DNA of 32,000 nucleotides from Rhodobacter capsulatus SB 1003 (GCF_000021865.1 NC_014034.1:2040001-2072000); one strand, 5' to 3'. Positions 1 to 8,761 are shown, counted from the first letter of the stretch. Numbers and translations: made by a program. The notes: generated from the letters alone by a model not told the origin.

Positions 1-15
1 GATGCGCTTTGCATG

Positions 16-276
16 TCAGAAGCCGAAATGCGTCCAATGCGGCATCGGCGGCGCGGGCCCGCGCGGCGGCAGGCCGATGTCTTTCCGCATGTGGTCGTCC
101 ATCTCGGAAAAGCGGGCGGCAAGGCCCCGGTTGCGCTGGTGGGTGACAAGCGCGGCAACAAGGCTCAGCAGCACCCGCCGCGGGCCATGCGCCGCCAGCA
201 GCGTTTCAAGATCAAGTTTCAGCGACAGCGCGAAGTCATCGGTTCTGGTCATGTCCTTTCCGGTGCGGATCGGCAC
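16..276 (-). CDS. DUF1127-type small protein
   Basis: The 86-aa ORF carries ...FSEMDDHMRKDIGLPP, the D-x-x-L/M-x-DIGL signature of DUF1127 small proteins. The ORF at 8774..8983 has the same motif (LDDHLLRDIGLAP). The start is uncertain: GTG at 276 or ATG at 252. Confidence 0.7.
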   Translation of the reverse strand: MPIRTGKDMTRTDDFALSLKLDLETLLAAHGPRRVLLSLVAALVTHQRNRGLAARFSEMDDHMRKDIGLPPRGPAPPMPHWTHFGF

Positions 277-639
277 CGGCCTCTGGGTTGGGATGGAAAA
301 AGACCGGAACGGCCAGGGGCCAGACGCAGGCGTGGGGGGATCCGGTCGAAGGTCAGACGTTGTGCAAAAGCACCCGGGGCGGATGGCTTACGCGGTATGG
401 CGCGTGCCAAAGACGGCGGCCGCAAAGGCGCGCCATAAGTGAGCCCACCCGGTTCGGAGGGTTGGATGCATAAATCGTCATGATCCGCCCTCCCTGTCTG
501 AATTGCCGGATGCGGGCAAAATGCACGCGCCCCCGAGTCGCGCCAAGAAAAAAGCCGCACGCCGGGCTTGACACACCCGGGCCGTGTCCGCGCGGCCACA
601 GCCCCTTGCCCGAGACCGCGGGGCATGAGAAAAGCCCGC

Positions 640-1257
640 ATGACCGAAATCATCGCCGAAAACCCCGTCGAACACACGCTGCTGGATGATGTCCAGGGCA
701 TCGCCTATGGCACGACCATGGCCGCCTTCGGCATCGTGCTGCTCACCCATCTGGGTCTTGTCACCGGCCAGACCGCGGGGCTTGCGGTCCTGATCAGCTA
801 TGCCACCGGCTGGGGCTTCGGGCCGGTCTTCTTCGCGATCAACATTCCCTTTTACTGGTTCGGCTACCGGCGCATGGGGCTGGGTTTCGTGATCAAGACC
901 TTCCTTTCGGTCGCGGCGCTGTCGGCGCTGGCCGCCTTCCTGCCCGGCTACATCAATTTCGCCAATGTCAACCCGATCGTCGGCACGGTGATCTTCGGCT
1001 TTCTCTCCGGCTCTGCCTTGCTTGCGCTTTTCCGCCACGGTGCCAGCCTGGGCGGCGTCGGGATCATGGCGCTTTACCTGCAGGACCGCACCGGCTTTCG
1101 CGCCGGCTGGACGCAGCTGATCTTTGACGCCTGCGTCTTCGGCCTCGCCCTCACCCTGCGCGACTGGAAGACCGTCGCGATCTCGGCGCTCGGCGCGCTC
1201 GTCATCAACATCGTCATTGCAATGAACCACCGCCGCGACCGCTACATCGCCACCTGA
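640..1257 (+). CDS. YitT-family integral membrane protein, copy 1
   Basis: ORF 568..1257 trimmed to the ATG at 640 (MTEIIAENP...). The protein is multi-pass and hydrophobic. The motif GLVTGQTAGLAVLISYATGWGFGPVFFAINIPFYWFGYRRMG matches the YitT/DUF161 membrane-domain pattern (G-x-TG ... NIP-x-F ... G). A paralog follows directly. Confidence 0.7.
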   Translation: MTEIIAENPVEHTLLDDVQGIAYGTTMAAFGIVLLTHLGLVTGQTAGLAVLISYATGWGFGPVFFAINIPFYWFGYRRMGLGFVIKTFLSVAALSALAAFLPGYINFANVNPIVGTVIFGFLSGSALLALFRHGASLGGVGIMALYLQDRTGFRAGWTQLIFDACVFGLALTLRDWKTVAISALGALVINIVIAMNHRRDRYIAT

Positions 1258-1296
1258 TCCGTTGACAGGACAGCCCTTCTGACGCATATTAACGTC

Positions 1297-1908
1297 ATGA
1301 GTGCTGACCCATCCCCCCGCCGCTACACGCTCTTCGAAGATGCCCAAGGGCTCGTCCTCGCCTCGGCACAGGCGGCGCTGGGCATTCACCTGTTGCGCGC
1401 GGCGGGGCTGGTGACGGGCGGCACCGCGGGCACGGCGCTGATCCTGTCCTACGCCACCGGGCTCAATTTCTCGGCGCTGTTCTTCGGGCTCAACATCCCC
1501 TTTTTCGCGCTGGCCTTCCGGGCGCGCGGCCCCGTCTTTTGCGCGAAATCACTGGTCACCGTCAGCTTCGTCTCGATCCTGGCCGAGGCGCTCAAACCCG
1601 TCCTTGTCCTGCAAACGATCCACCCCGCCGCTGCGGCGCTTTTGTTCGGCGTCTCGGCGGGGGTCGGGCTTTTGGGCCTGTTCCGTCATTCCGGCACCTT
1701 GGGCGGCGTCTCGATCGTCGCGCTGATCGTGCAGGACCGCTACGGCTGGCGCGCGGGCCATGTGCAGCTCGCCCATGACCTGATCCTCTTTGCCATCGCC
1801 AGCCTGATCCTGCCGCTCGACCGGATCGGCTGGTCATTGCTCGGCGCCGTCGTTCTGAACTTCGTCATCGCCTTCAACCACCGCCGCGACTGGTATATCG
1901 TGTCGTGA
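1297..1908 (+). CDS. YitT-family integral membrane protein, copy 2 (tandem paralog)
   Basis: This 203-aa ORF has the same layout as copy 1 (GLVTGGTAGTALILSYATGLNFSALFFGLNIPFFALAFRARG ... FNHRRDWYIV versus MNHRRDRYIA). Its stop overlaps the start of the SMR gene. Confidence 0.7.
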   Translation: MSADPSPRRYTLFEDAQGLVLASAQAALGIHLLRAAGLVTGGTAGTALILSYATGLNFSALFFGLNIPFFALAFRARGPVFCAKSLVTVSFVSILAEALKPVLVLQTIHPAAAALLFGVSAGVGLLGLFRHSGTLGGVSIVALIVQDRYGWRAGHVQLAHDLILFAIASLILPLDRIGWSLLGAVVLNFVIAFNHRRDWYIVS

Positions 1909-2240
1909 TGAAACCCTATCTTTACCTTCTCATCGCGGTGCTGTTCGAGACCTTCGGCTCCACCTGCCTGCAGGCCTCGAACCAGTTCACCCGGCTCTGG
2001 CCGACGCTGGGCGTGATCTTCGGCTTCGGCGTCGCCTTCTGGTTCTTTACCCTGGTGCTGAAATCGCTGCCGCTTGGCATCACCTATGCGCTCTGGTCGG
2101 GGATCGGCATCGTGCTGATCACCGCCTCGGGCTGGCTGATCTTTCAGCAAAAACTCGACGCGCCCGCGCTTTTCGGCATCGGGCTCATCATCGCGGGCAT
2201 CGCCGTCATCAACCTGTTTTCATCCGCAGGCCATCCCTGA
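1905..2240 (+). CDS. SMR-family small multidrug-resistance transporter (EmrE/Qac-like)
   Basis: 111 aa with four hydrophobic helices. The membrane-embedded Glu of TM1 is conserved in AVLFETFGSTCLQ. The ATG overlaps the upstream stop (GTGATGA), which suggests translational coupling. Confidence 0.85.
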   Translation: MMKPYLYLLIAVLFETFGSTCLQASNQFTRLWPTLGVIFGFGVAFWFFTLVLKSLPLGITYALWSGIGIVLITASGWLIFQQKLDAPALFGIGLIIAGIAVINLFSSAGHP

Positions 2241-2309
2241 CGCGGTTCTTGCTGGCCAAACGGCTGCTTTTCCCGTAAGGGCAGCACAAATCTCGAACAG
2301 GCGGACTTC

Positions 2310-4127
2310 ATGGACATTCGCAATATTGCGATCATCGCACACGTTGACCACGGCAAGACGACCCTCGTCGACAAGCTGCTGGGTCAATCCGGGGCATTCC
2401 GGGAAAATCAGGCCGTCGCGGAACGCGCGATGGACTCAAACGACATCGAACGCGAACGCGGCATCACCATTCTGGCCAAATGCACCTCGGTCGAATGGAA
2501 GGGCACGCGGATCAACATCGTCGACACCCCCGGCCACGCCGATTTCGGCGGCGAGGTGGAGCGCATCCTCTCGATGGTCGATGGCGTCTGTCTTCTGGTT
2601 GACGCCGCCGAAGGCCCGATGCCGCAAACGAAATTCGTGACCTCGAAGGCCCTCGCCCTCGGCCTCAAGCCCATCGTCGTCTTGAACAAGGTCGACAAAC
2701 CGGCCGCCGAGCCCGACCGCGCCCTGAACGAGGTCTTCGATCTTTTCGCCAACCTTGGCGCCACCGACGAGCAGCTTGATTTCCCGCATGTCTATGCCTC
2801 GGGCATCGGCGGCTGGGCGGATCGCGAGCTTGACGGGCCGCGGCAGGATCTCTCGGCGCTCTTTGACCTGATCCTCGAACATGTCGAGCCGCCGAAACAG
2901 GAATTCCGCGCCGACGAGCCGTTCCAGATGCTTGCCACCACGCTGTCGGCCGACCCGTTCATCGGCCGCATCCTGACGGGCCGGGTCGAGGCCGGGCGGC
3001 TCAAGGTTGGTGACACGCTCAAGGCGCTCTCGCGCACCGGCGAGCGGATCGAGCAATTCCGCTGCACCAAGATCCTCGCCTTCCGCGGCCTGACGCAACA
3101 GCCGATCGACCTGGCCGAAGCGGGTGACATCGTCACCATCGCCGGCATGACCAAGGCGACCGTGGCCGACACCCTTTGCGCTTTGGAAGTCGAAACCGCG
3201 ATCCCCTCGCAACCGATTGATCCGCCGACGATTTCGGTCACCTTCGGGATCAACGACAGCCCGCTTGCGGGGCGCGACGGCACCAAGGTGCAATCGCGCG
3301 TCATCCGCGAACGGCTGATGAAGGAAGCCGAAACCAACGTCGCGATCCGCGTCGAGGACACGCCCTCGGGCGATGCTTTCGTCGTCTCGGGCCGGGGCGA
3401 ACTGCAGATGGGCGTTCTGATCGAGAACATGCGCCGCGAAGGCTTCGAACTCAGCATCTCCCGCCCGCGCGTGATCTTCCGCGAGGAAAACGGCGAGCGC
3501 ATGGAGCCGATCGAAGAGGTCATCGTCGATGTCGATGACGACTATTCGGGCGCGGTGATCGAGAAACTGACTGGGCCTCGCAAGGGCGATCTGGTCGAGA
3601 TGCGCCCCGCCGGTCACGGCAAGACCCGGATCGTCGCCCATGTGCCCTCGCGCGGCCTCATTGGCTATCAGGGCGAATTCATGACCGACACCCGCGGCAA
3701 CGGCGTCTTGAACCGCATCTTCCACGGCTGGGCGCCCTACAAGGGCCCGATCCAGGGCCGCCGCCAGGGCGTGCTGATCTCGATGGAGAACGGCGTCTCG
3801 GTCGCCTATGCGCTGTGGAACCTTGAAGAACGCGGCAAGCTTTTCATCGGCGCGCAGGAACAGATCTACGAGGGCATGATCATCGGCGAGCATTCGCGCG
3901 ACAATGACCTCGAGGTGAACCCGCTCAAGGGCAAGAAGCTGACGAACGTCCGCGCCTCGGGCACGGATGAGGCCGTGCGCCTGACGCCGCCGGTGCGGAT
4001 GAGCCTGGAAGAAGCCATCGCCTATATCGACGACGACGAACTGGTCGAGGTGACGCCGAAGATCGTGCGTCTGCGCAAGCGGCTTCTGGACCCGCACGAG
4101 CGCAAACGCGCCTCGCGCTCGGAATAA
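2310..4127 (+). CDS. typA: Translational GTPase TypA/BipA
   Basis: 605 aa. The GTPase motifs are present: [21 protein letters not shown] and NKVD. The full length reads as the EF-G-like BipA architecture. Confidence 0.97.
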   Translation: MDIRNIAIIAHVDHGKTTLVDKLLGQSGAFRENQAVAERAMDSNDIERERGITILAKCTSVEWKGTRINIVDTPGHADFGGEVERILSMVDGVCLLVDAAEGPMPQTKFVTSKALALGLKPIVVLNKVDKPAAEPDRALNEVFDLFANLGATDEQLDFPHVYASGIGGWADRELDGPRQDLSALFDLILEHVEPPKQEFRADEPFQMLATTLSADPFIGRILTGRVEAGRLKVGDTLKALSRTGERIEQFRCTKILAFRGLTQQPIDLAEAGDIVTIAGMTKATVADTLCALEVETAIPSQPIDPPTISVTFGINDSPLAGRDGTKVQSRVIRERLMKEAETNVAIRVEDTPSGDAFVVSGRGELQMGVLIENMRREGFELSISRPRVIFREENGERMEPIEEVIVDVDDDYSGAVIEKLTGPRKGDLVEMRPAGHGKTRIVAHVPSRGLIGYQGEFMTDTRGNGVLNRIFHGWAPYKGPIQGRRQGVLISMENGVSVAYALWNLEERGKLFIGAQEQIYEGMIIGEHSRDNDLEVNPLKGKKLTNVRASGTDEAVRLTPPVRMSLEEAIAYIDDDELVEVTPKIVRLRKRLLDPHERKRASRSE

Positions 4128-4133
4128 GACGTC

Positions 4134-4160
4134 AAAAGGGGGGCTCTGCCCCCCTTTTTT
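4134..4160 (+). terminator. Rho-independent terminator of typA (A-tract upstream, so potentially bidirectional)
   Basis: AAAA GGGGGGC TCT GCCCCCC TTTTTT lies 10 nt after the typA stop. Confidence 0.85.
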
Positions 4161-4300
4161 CATTCGTGCCGAATGAAATTCACCTCCCCCCGGGATATTT
4201 GAGGCAAGATAAAGACTTGCGAGGTGTTCTTCATCTTTCTGCAAAGACCGCGGGGGGAATTTGCACAGCAAAAAAGGGGGGCGCGAAGCCCCCCTTTTTT
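4138..4300. repeat. Structured intergenic element, copy 1 (related to 30632..30744)
   Basis: The layout is G6C/GC6 hairpin, then an 8-bp hairpin TTCATTCG-TGC-CGAATGAA (4159..4177), then the core CCCCCCGGGATATTTGAGGCAAGATAAAGA (4186..4215), then GCGAGGTGTT, then CACAGCAAAAAAGGG plus a second G6C/GC6 hairpin. The same ordered blocks recur after dcd. Confidence 0.5.
4270..4300 (-). terminator. Rho-independent terminator of the ABC transporter operon (bidirectional hairpin)
   Basis: On the minus strand, GGGGGGC TTCGC GCCCCCC TTTTTT lies immediately after the stop at 4304. T-tracts are present on both strands. Confidence 0.85.
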
Positions 4301-4303
4301 CCG

Positions 4304-5431
4304 TCAGCGAAACAGCACCAGCGCGCCGGGCGACCAGGCCACCCGCGTCTGGGTGCCGACATCCAGCACCGGGCGACCAAAGACGTTGCGCATCGAAATC
4401 CGCACCGGGGTTTCGACGCCGTCAAGCTTGACGTCGTAATAGGTCATGTCGCCGTAATAGACGACCTCGTCGATCACGCCGGGGGATTCGCGGTCCTGCG
4501 CTTTCTGGCCCTCGTAGAGGATCGTCAGCGTCTCGGGACGGAAGCCCACCGCGGGCGTGCCGCCCGTGGGCTTGGCCGAGGCCTGCTCGTCGGTCACCTC
4601 GACCGCGCCAAGTCCCGCCACCTCCAGCTGCACATGGCCGCCGCCCTCGCCCAGCACCCGGGCGGGCAGGAAGTTCATCACGCCGATGAAATCGGCCACC
4701 CGGCGCGAGGCCGGACGGCGATAAAGCGTCTCCGGGTCGGCCAGCTGCGCGATCTCGCCTTCGAACATCACGGCGATCCGGTCCGACATCACCAGCGCCT
4801 CTTCCTGGTCATGCGTCACCAGAACGAAGGTGATCCCCACCTCGCGCTGCAGCTTGATCAGCTCGATCTGCATCTGCTCGCGGATCTTCTTGTCGAGCGC
4901 CGAGAGCGGCTCATCCAGCAGCAGCACCTTCGGCTTGAGGATCAGTGCCCGCGCCAGCGCCACGCGCTGCCGCTGCCCGCCCGACAGCGCATGCGCCGCC
5001 CGCGCGCCATAGCCCTTGAGGCCCACCATCTCCAGCGCCTCTTCGACGGCCTTGGCCTTTTCGGCCTCCGACCGCGGATCGCGGCGCAGCCCGAAGCCCA
5101 CGTTCTGCGCCACGCTCAGATGCGGGAAGATCGCATAGCTTTGAAACACCATGTTCGTCGGGCGCTTGTTCGGCGGCACGTCTTCCATGTGCTTGCCGTC
5201 GATCAAGACCGCGCCCGAGGAAATATCCTCGAACCCGGCGATGGTGCGCAAAAGCGTGGTCTTGCCACAGCCCGAGGGGCCCAGCAGCGAAAAGAACTCG
5301 CCCTCGCGGATCGTCGCGGTGATGCCGCGCAGCGCGTGGTAATCGCCGTAATATTTGTGCACGCGATCGAATTCGATCATCTTGCGGCGCTGTTCCAGCG
5401 GCACTTTCGCGGTGATGACGTTCTGGGTCAC
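4304..5431 (-). CDS. ABC transporter ATP-binding protein, PotA/PotG-like (polyamine-type importer ATPase)
   Basis: Walker A GPSGCGKTT, signature LSGGQRQR and Walker B LLLDEPLSALD are present, with a C-terminal TOBE-like regulatory extension. The start overlaps the stop of the upstream permease gene. Confidence 0.9.
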   Translation of the reverse strand: MTQNVITAKVPLEQRRKMIEFDRVHKYYGDYHALRGITATIREGEFFSLLGPSGCGKTTLLRTIAGFEDISSGAVLIDGKHMEDVPPNKRPTNMVFQSYAIFPHLSVAQNVGFGLRRDPRSEAEKAKAVEEALEMVGLKGYGARAAHALSGGQRQRVALARALILKPKVLLLDEPLSALDKKIREQMQIELIKLQREVGITFVLVTHDQEEALVMSDRIAVMFEGEIAQLADPETLYRRPASRRVADFIGVMNFLPARVLGEGGGHVQLEVAGLGAVEVTDEQASAKPTGGTPAVGFRPETLTILYEGQKAQDRESPGVIDEVVYYGDMTYYDVKLDGVETPVRISMRNVFGRPVLDVGTQTRVAWSPGALVLFR

Positions 5432-6234
5432 AGGAATCCTCCGGTGTCTTTGGCGCCGGTCTTCGCGATGCCGCGGCGGCGGAAATATTCGGCAAGCGTC
5501 AGCAGCAGCACCGAGCAGACGACAAGCACGGTGCCAAGCGCCATGATCATCGGGATCTGTTTCGGAAAGCGCAGCTGCGAATAGATATAGGTGGGCAGCG
5601 TCGTCTGCTCTCCCGCCAGAAAGAAGGCGATGATGAATTCATCCAGCGAGATGGTGAAGGCCATCAGCGCCGCGGAAATGATCCCCGGCGTCACCAAGGG
5701 CAGGATGATCAGCCGGAAGGTCGACCATTTCGTCTCGCCCAGATCATAGGCGGCCTCTTCCAGCGAACGATCCAGCGAGGAGAAGGCCGCGTTCAGAACC
5801 GCGATCGCATAGGGCGTCGCCACCAGCACATGGCCAAGGATCACGGTGAAGATCGACATCGGCACGCCAATCGCCAGCAGCACCACCAGAAGCGACACCG
5901 CCAGGATGATCTCGGGCAGCACCAGGGGCAGCATGATCAGCCCCATCGCCCCGGCCTTGCCGCGGTAATTGTAGCGCGTGGCCGAGCGCGCGGCAAAGAT
6001 GCCCAGCGTCGTCGCCAGGATCGAGGTCGAAACGGCGACGATCAGCGAGTTCGTCAGCGCCGTCGCCAGCGACTGGTTCTCGAACATCTGCCCGAACCAT
6101 TTCAGCGTGAACCCCTTCAGCGGAAAGGCGATCACCGTGCCGTCGTTGAAGGCGAAAACCGGCAGAAGCGCGATCGGCGCATAAAGGAAGGCAAGATAAA
6201 GAAAGGCATAGCCTCTCAGACCGGAGAACTTCAT
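5428..6234 (-). CDS. ABC transporter permease, PotC-like
   Basis: The track ORF 5428..6726 was trimmed to the ATG at 6234 (MKFSGLRGYAFLYLAFLYAPI...). That ATG overlaps the stop of the upstream permease (ATGA). The protein is a multi-pass BPD-type inner-membrane component. Confidence 0.85.
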   Translation of the reverse strand: MKFSGLRGYAFLYLAFLYAPIALLPVFAFNDGTVIAFPLKGFTLKWFGQMFENQSLATALTNSLIVAVSTSILATTLGIFAARSATRYNYRGKAGAMGLIMLPLVLPEIILAVSLLVVLLAIGVPMSIFTVILGHVLVATPYAIAVLNAAFSSLDRSLEEAAYDLGETKWSTFRLIILPLVTPGIISAALMAFTISLDEFIIAFFLAGEQTTLPTYIYSQLRFPKQIPMIMALGTVLVVCSVLLLTLAEYFRRRGIAKTGAKDTGGFL

Positions 6235-7109
6235 TTGCCCCCCCTCAGGAAGCGGCGGTTGAGGAACAGGAAGATCAGCGCCACCGCCGACACGACCAGC
6301 ATCGCCGAAACCGCCACCGCCGCGCCCAAAGGCTTGTTGTCGATCTTCAGCATGTCTTTCTGGATCAGGTTCGCCACCATCGGCAGCTTGCCGCCGCCGA
6401 TCAGCTCGGGCGTGACATAATCGCCGATCGTCGGGATGAAGACGATCATCACCGCCCCGATCACCCCCGGCATCGCCAGGGGCAGGGTCACCCGCCAGAA
6501 GGTCATCAGCCGACTTTCGCCCAGATCCTGCCCGGCTTCCAGCAGCGAGCGGTCGATCTTTTCCAGGCTGACGAAGATCGGCAGGATCGCAAAGGGCGCA
6601 TAGGCATGCGCCAGCGTGATCGCGATGGCGCCCACCGAGTTCAGCATCTGCAACGGGCTGTCGATGACGCCCAGCCCCATCAGCGTCGAGTTCACCACGC
6701 CGTTGAAGTTCAGGATCACCTTCCACTGGAACACCCGGATCAGATACGAGGTCCAGAACGGGATGGTGATCAGGAACAGCCAGCGCGACTTGTGCGCCGC
6801 GGGCACGTTGAAGGAAATGAAATAGGCGATCGGAAAGGCCAGCAGCACGGTGACCAGCGTCACCAGCGCCGACACCAGCACCGAGCGCAACAGGATGGTG
6901 CGGAAGATCGGGTCCGACCAGGCGTCGATATAATTCTGCGTGGTGAACTCATGCACCACGACCAGATAGCCATCCTTGAAAAAGGAATAGGCGACGATGG
7001 TCACCAGCGGGGCCGCCAGCAACAGAACTGCATAGATCAGCGTTGGGCTGACCATGAACCAGCCGCTGGCCGCCTCCGAGCGCGCCACCGCGGGTGGAGA
7101 TGCCGACAT
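6231..7109 (-). CDS. ABC transporter permease, PotB-like
   Basis: 292-aa multi-pass membrane protein and first gene of the operon. The EAA-like loop LEAGQDLGESRLMTFWRVTLP is typical of binding-protein-dependent importers. Confidence 0.85.
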   Translation of the reverse strand: MSASPPAVARSEAASGWFMVSPTLIYAVLLLAAPLVTIVAYSFFKDGYLVVVHEFTTQNYIDAWSDPIFRTILLRSVLVSALVTLVTVLLAFPIAYFISFNVPAAHKSRWLFLITIPFWTSYLIRVFQWKVILNFNGVVNSTLMGLGVIDSPLQMLNSVGAIAITLAHAYAPFAILPIFVSLEKIDRSLLEAGQDLGESRLMTFWRVTLPLAMPGVIGAVMIVFIPTIGDYVTPELIGGGKLPMVANLIQKDMLKIDNKPLGAAVAVSAMLVVSAVALIFLFLNRRFLRGGK

Positions 7110-7206
7110 ACTCTATTCTCCTCAGCGCTCTCAGCGCGTTTGGGCCAAATTTGCACAAGGTTTCGGCAGAGGAAAGGGGGACGATGCCCCGGCTTGCGGC
7201 CTGTTT

Positions 7207-7220
7207 CGGGAAATTTCCCG
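7207..7220. promoter_or_regulatory. Perfect 14-bp palindrome CGGGAAATTTCCCG upstream of the ABC operon (candidate operator)
   Basis: Exact inverted repeat about 100 bp upstream of the start at 7109. No other function is evident. Confidence 0.3.
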
Positions 7221-7276
7221 CGATTGCCCAGCAAAGCGGCAGCATTGCTGCCACTCTGCAACCGGAACGTGCAGGT

Positions 7277-8686
7277 TCAGACCGGCAGATCGCGGGGCGG
7301 ATTCTCCAGCAGCGCCCGCAGCTTCGCGATCGCCCGCATCAGCCGGTCCTCGGGCACGCCCCCCGCCAGCGCGAAACGCACCGCATTCGGCGCATGGCCG
7401 TCGGCCAGCACATATTCATCGGCCGAGCGCACCAGCACCCCCTCGGCCTCGGCGACGCGGGCAAAGGTCGAGGCCCGCCAGCCCGTCGGCAGACGCAGCC
7501 AGATGAAGCTCAGCCCCGGCTGCCAGGCGATGTCGTGATCCTCCATCGCCTGCACCACCATCTGCAGACGGCGGCTCATCACCTCCTGCGCGGCATGGCG
7601 CAGCCGCATCGCCTCGCCGCTGGTGAAGAGCCGGGTGATGATGTCGGTCACCGGCCGCGGCAGGCCGAAGAAACTGTGCTGCGCCGTCAGCCGCCCGGCC
7701 TCGCCCATGCCCTCGGGGGCGATGACGATGCCAAAGCGCATCCCCGCCGAGATCGTCTTTGAAAGCGAGGTCACATGCCAGGTCCGTTCCGGCGCGATCG
7801 CTCGGATCGCCTCCAGCCCGGAGACCGGCGCAGTGTAGCAATCATCCTCGATGATCTGCAGATCATGCCTGCGCGCCACCTCGGCGATGGCCTGCCGACG
7901 CTTGTTCGACATCCGCGCCGTGGTCGGGTTCTGCGCATCGGGCGTCACGCAGACCACCTGCCCGCCGTAGCGACGACAGGCGGCATCCAGCGCCTCGGGG
8001 ATCATCCCCTCCTCGTCCAGCTTCACCGGCACCACCTCGGCCCGGCTCAGCCGCGCGGCATGGCGGAAACCGGGATAGGCCAGTTCCTCGCACAGCACCA
8101 CCGGCCGGTCGCCGCGCAGGCAGCATTGCAGCACGATCGAAATGCCGTTCTGCCCGCCATGCGTCAGCACCAGATCATCGGCGCCGATCAGCCCGTGCAG
8201 CGAACAATGCGAAAACCAGTCCAGCGCCGCCTCGCGGCAATAGCGGTCGCGGCGCAGGCCGGGATATTCCAGATAATGTTCGCCCAGCTCGGTCGCGGCA
8301 TCGGCCATCGCCTGCGACAGCGCCACCGATTGTCCCACATCGGGCAATTGCGGCGAGCGCAGGTCGATCACCCCATCCGCCGCCGGATCCGAGAGCGGCT
8401 GCTGATACAGCGATTCCGTCGGCCCCAGACGGCGCGATTGTGTCGATACAAACGTGCCGTGCCCCACCGCCGCCTCCAGCAGACCTTCCTGCGTGGCAAT
8501 CTGATAGGCGCGGGCCACGGTTCCGGGGGTAACCCCCAGTTTCCACGCCAGATCGCGCACGGTCGGCAGCCGCGATCCGGGCGAAAGATCGCCGCGCCGC
8601 ACGCCTTCGCGCAGCGCGCGCACCAGCGCCAGATATTTCGGACCGGATTGCACCGGCAGGTCGGGTTTCCAACTTGTATCAGTCAC
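7277..8686 (-). CDS. MocR-type regulator (GntR winged-HTH fused to a class-I aminotransferase-like PLP domain)
   Basis: The N-terminal GntR HTH reads RLPTVRDLAWKLGVTPGTVARAYQ. The C-terminal fold-type-I domain has the PLP-lysine motif SLSKTISAGMRFG. The start is GTG at 8686, preceded by GAGGGAAAC. Confidence 0.9.
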   Translation of the reverse strand: MTDTSWKPDLPVQSGPKYLALVRALREGVRRGDLSPGSRLPTVRDLAWKLGVTPGTVARAYQIATQEGLLEAAVGHGTFVSTQSRRLGPTESLYQQPLSDPAADGVIDLRSPQLPDVGQSVALSQAMADAATELGEHYLEYPGLRRDRYCREAALDWFSHCSLHGLIGADDLVLTHGGQNGISIVLQCCLRGDRPVVLCEELAYPGFRHAARLSRAEVVPVKLDEEGMIPEALDAACRRYGGQVVCVTPDAQNPTTARMSNKRRQAIAEVARRHDLQIIEDDCYTAPVSGLEAIRAIAPERTWHVTSLSKTISAGMRFGIVIAPEGMGEAGRLTAQHSFFGLPRPVTDIITRLFTSGEAMRLRHAAQEVMSRRLQMVVQAMEDHDIAWQPGLSFIWLRLPTGWRASTFARVAEAEGVLVRSADEYVLADGHAPNAVRFALAGGVPEDRLMRAIAKLRALLENPPRDLPV

Positions 8687-8713
8687 AATGTTTCCCTCGC
8701 GCCGCTTGTGCGG

Positions 8714-8761
8714 GAATTGTAATCTCTTCCTACCAGCAAATATAGAATTGTATCAATACAG
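8714..8761. promoter_or_regulatory. Candidate MocR operator in the divergent promoter region
   Basis: The direct repeat GAATTGTA occurs at 8714 and 8745 (31-bp spacing). An inverted repeat TGTAT-CA-ATACA lies at 8749..8760. This AT-rich island sits between the divergent MocR and DUF1127 genes. Confidence 0.35.

Noticed and set aside
277-639. Possible guanidine riboswitch (ykkC, mini-ykkC or ykkC-III) upstream of the YitT-YitT-SMR operon, and in the 1258..1296 spacer.
   Set aside because: SMR genes are classic guanidine-riboswitch targets, so I looked for the hallmarks. I found no paired ACGR-loop hairpins, no GGGUUCCG...GGUCCGAGAG...ACACGG core and no CCGGACGAGG...AGGACAAGAC pseudoknot. Only loose fragments are present. 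A covariance-model scan would settle it.
4215-4245. 24-codon minus-strand mini-ORF inside intergenic element copy 1 (MKNTSQVFILPQISRGEVNFIRHE).
   Set aside because: It has a weak SD, the corresponding frame in copy 2 lacks a start codon and runs on without a comparable stop, and it is too short to evaluate.
2436-4271. 611-aa minus-strand ORF opposite typA.
   Set aside because: It is a codon-aligned antisense shadow of an unambiguous typA gene. Its composition is Arg/Ala/Asp-rich junk, and it runs through the typA terminator.
6189-6202. 14-nt exact match AGGCAAGATAAAGA to the core of the intergenic element (4202..4215), inside the PotC-like gene.
   Set aside because: It lies within a well-supported CDS, encoding the antisense of ...LYLAFLY..., and the flanks show no further similarity. 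It is most likely chance.
5428-6726. 432-aa version of the PotC-like ORF, and the 278-aa version of the BamE ORF (22811..23647).
   Set aside because: The N-terminal extensions overlap the upstream gene or are Arg/Gly-rich junk. Internal ATGs at 6234 (ATGA coupling) and 23248 (lipoprotein signal peptide) give proteins of normal family length.
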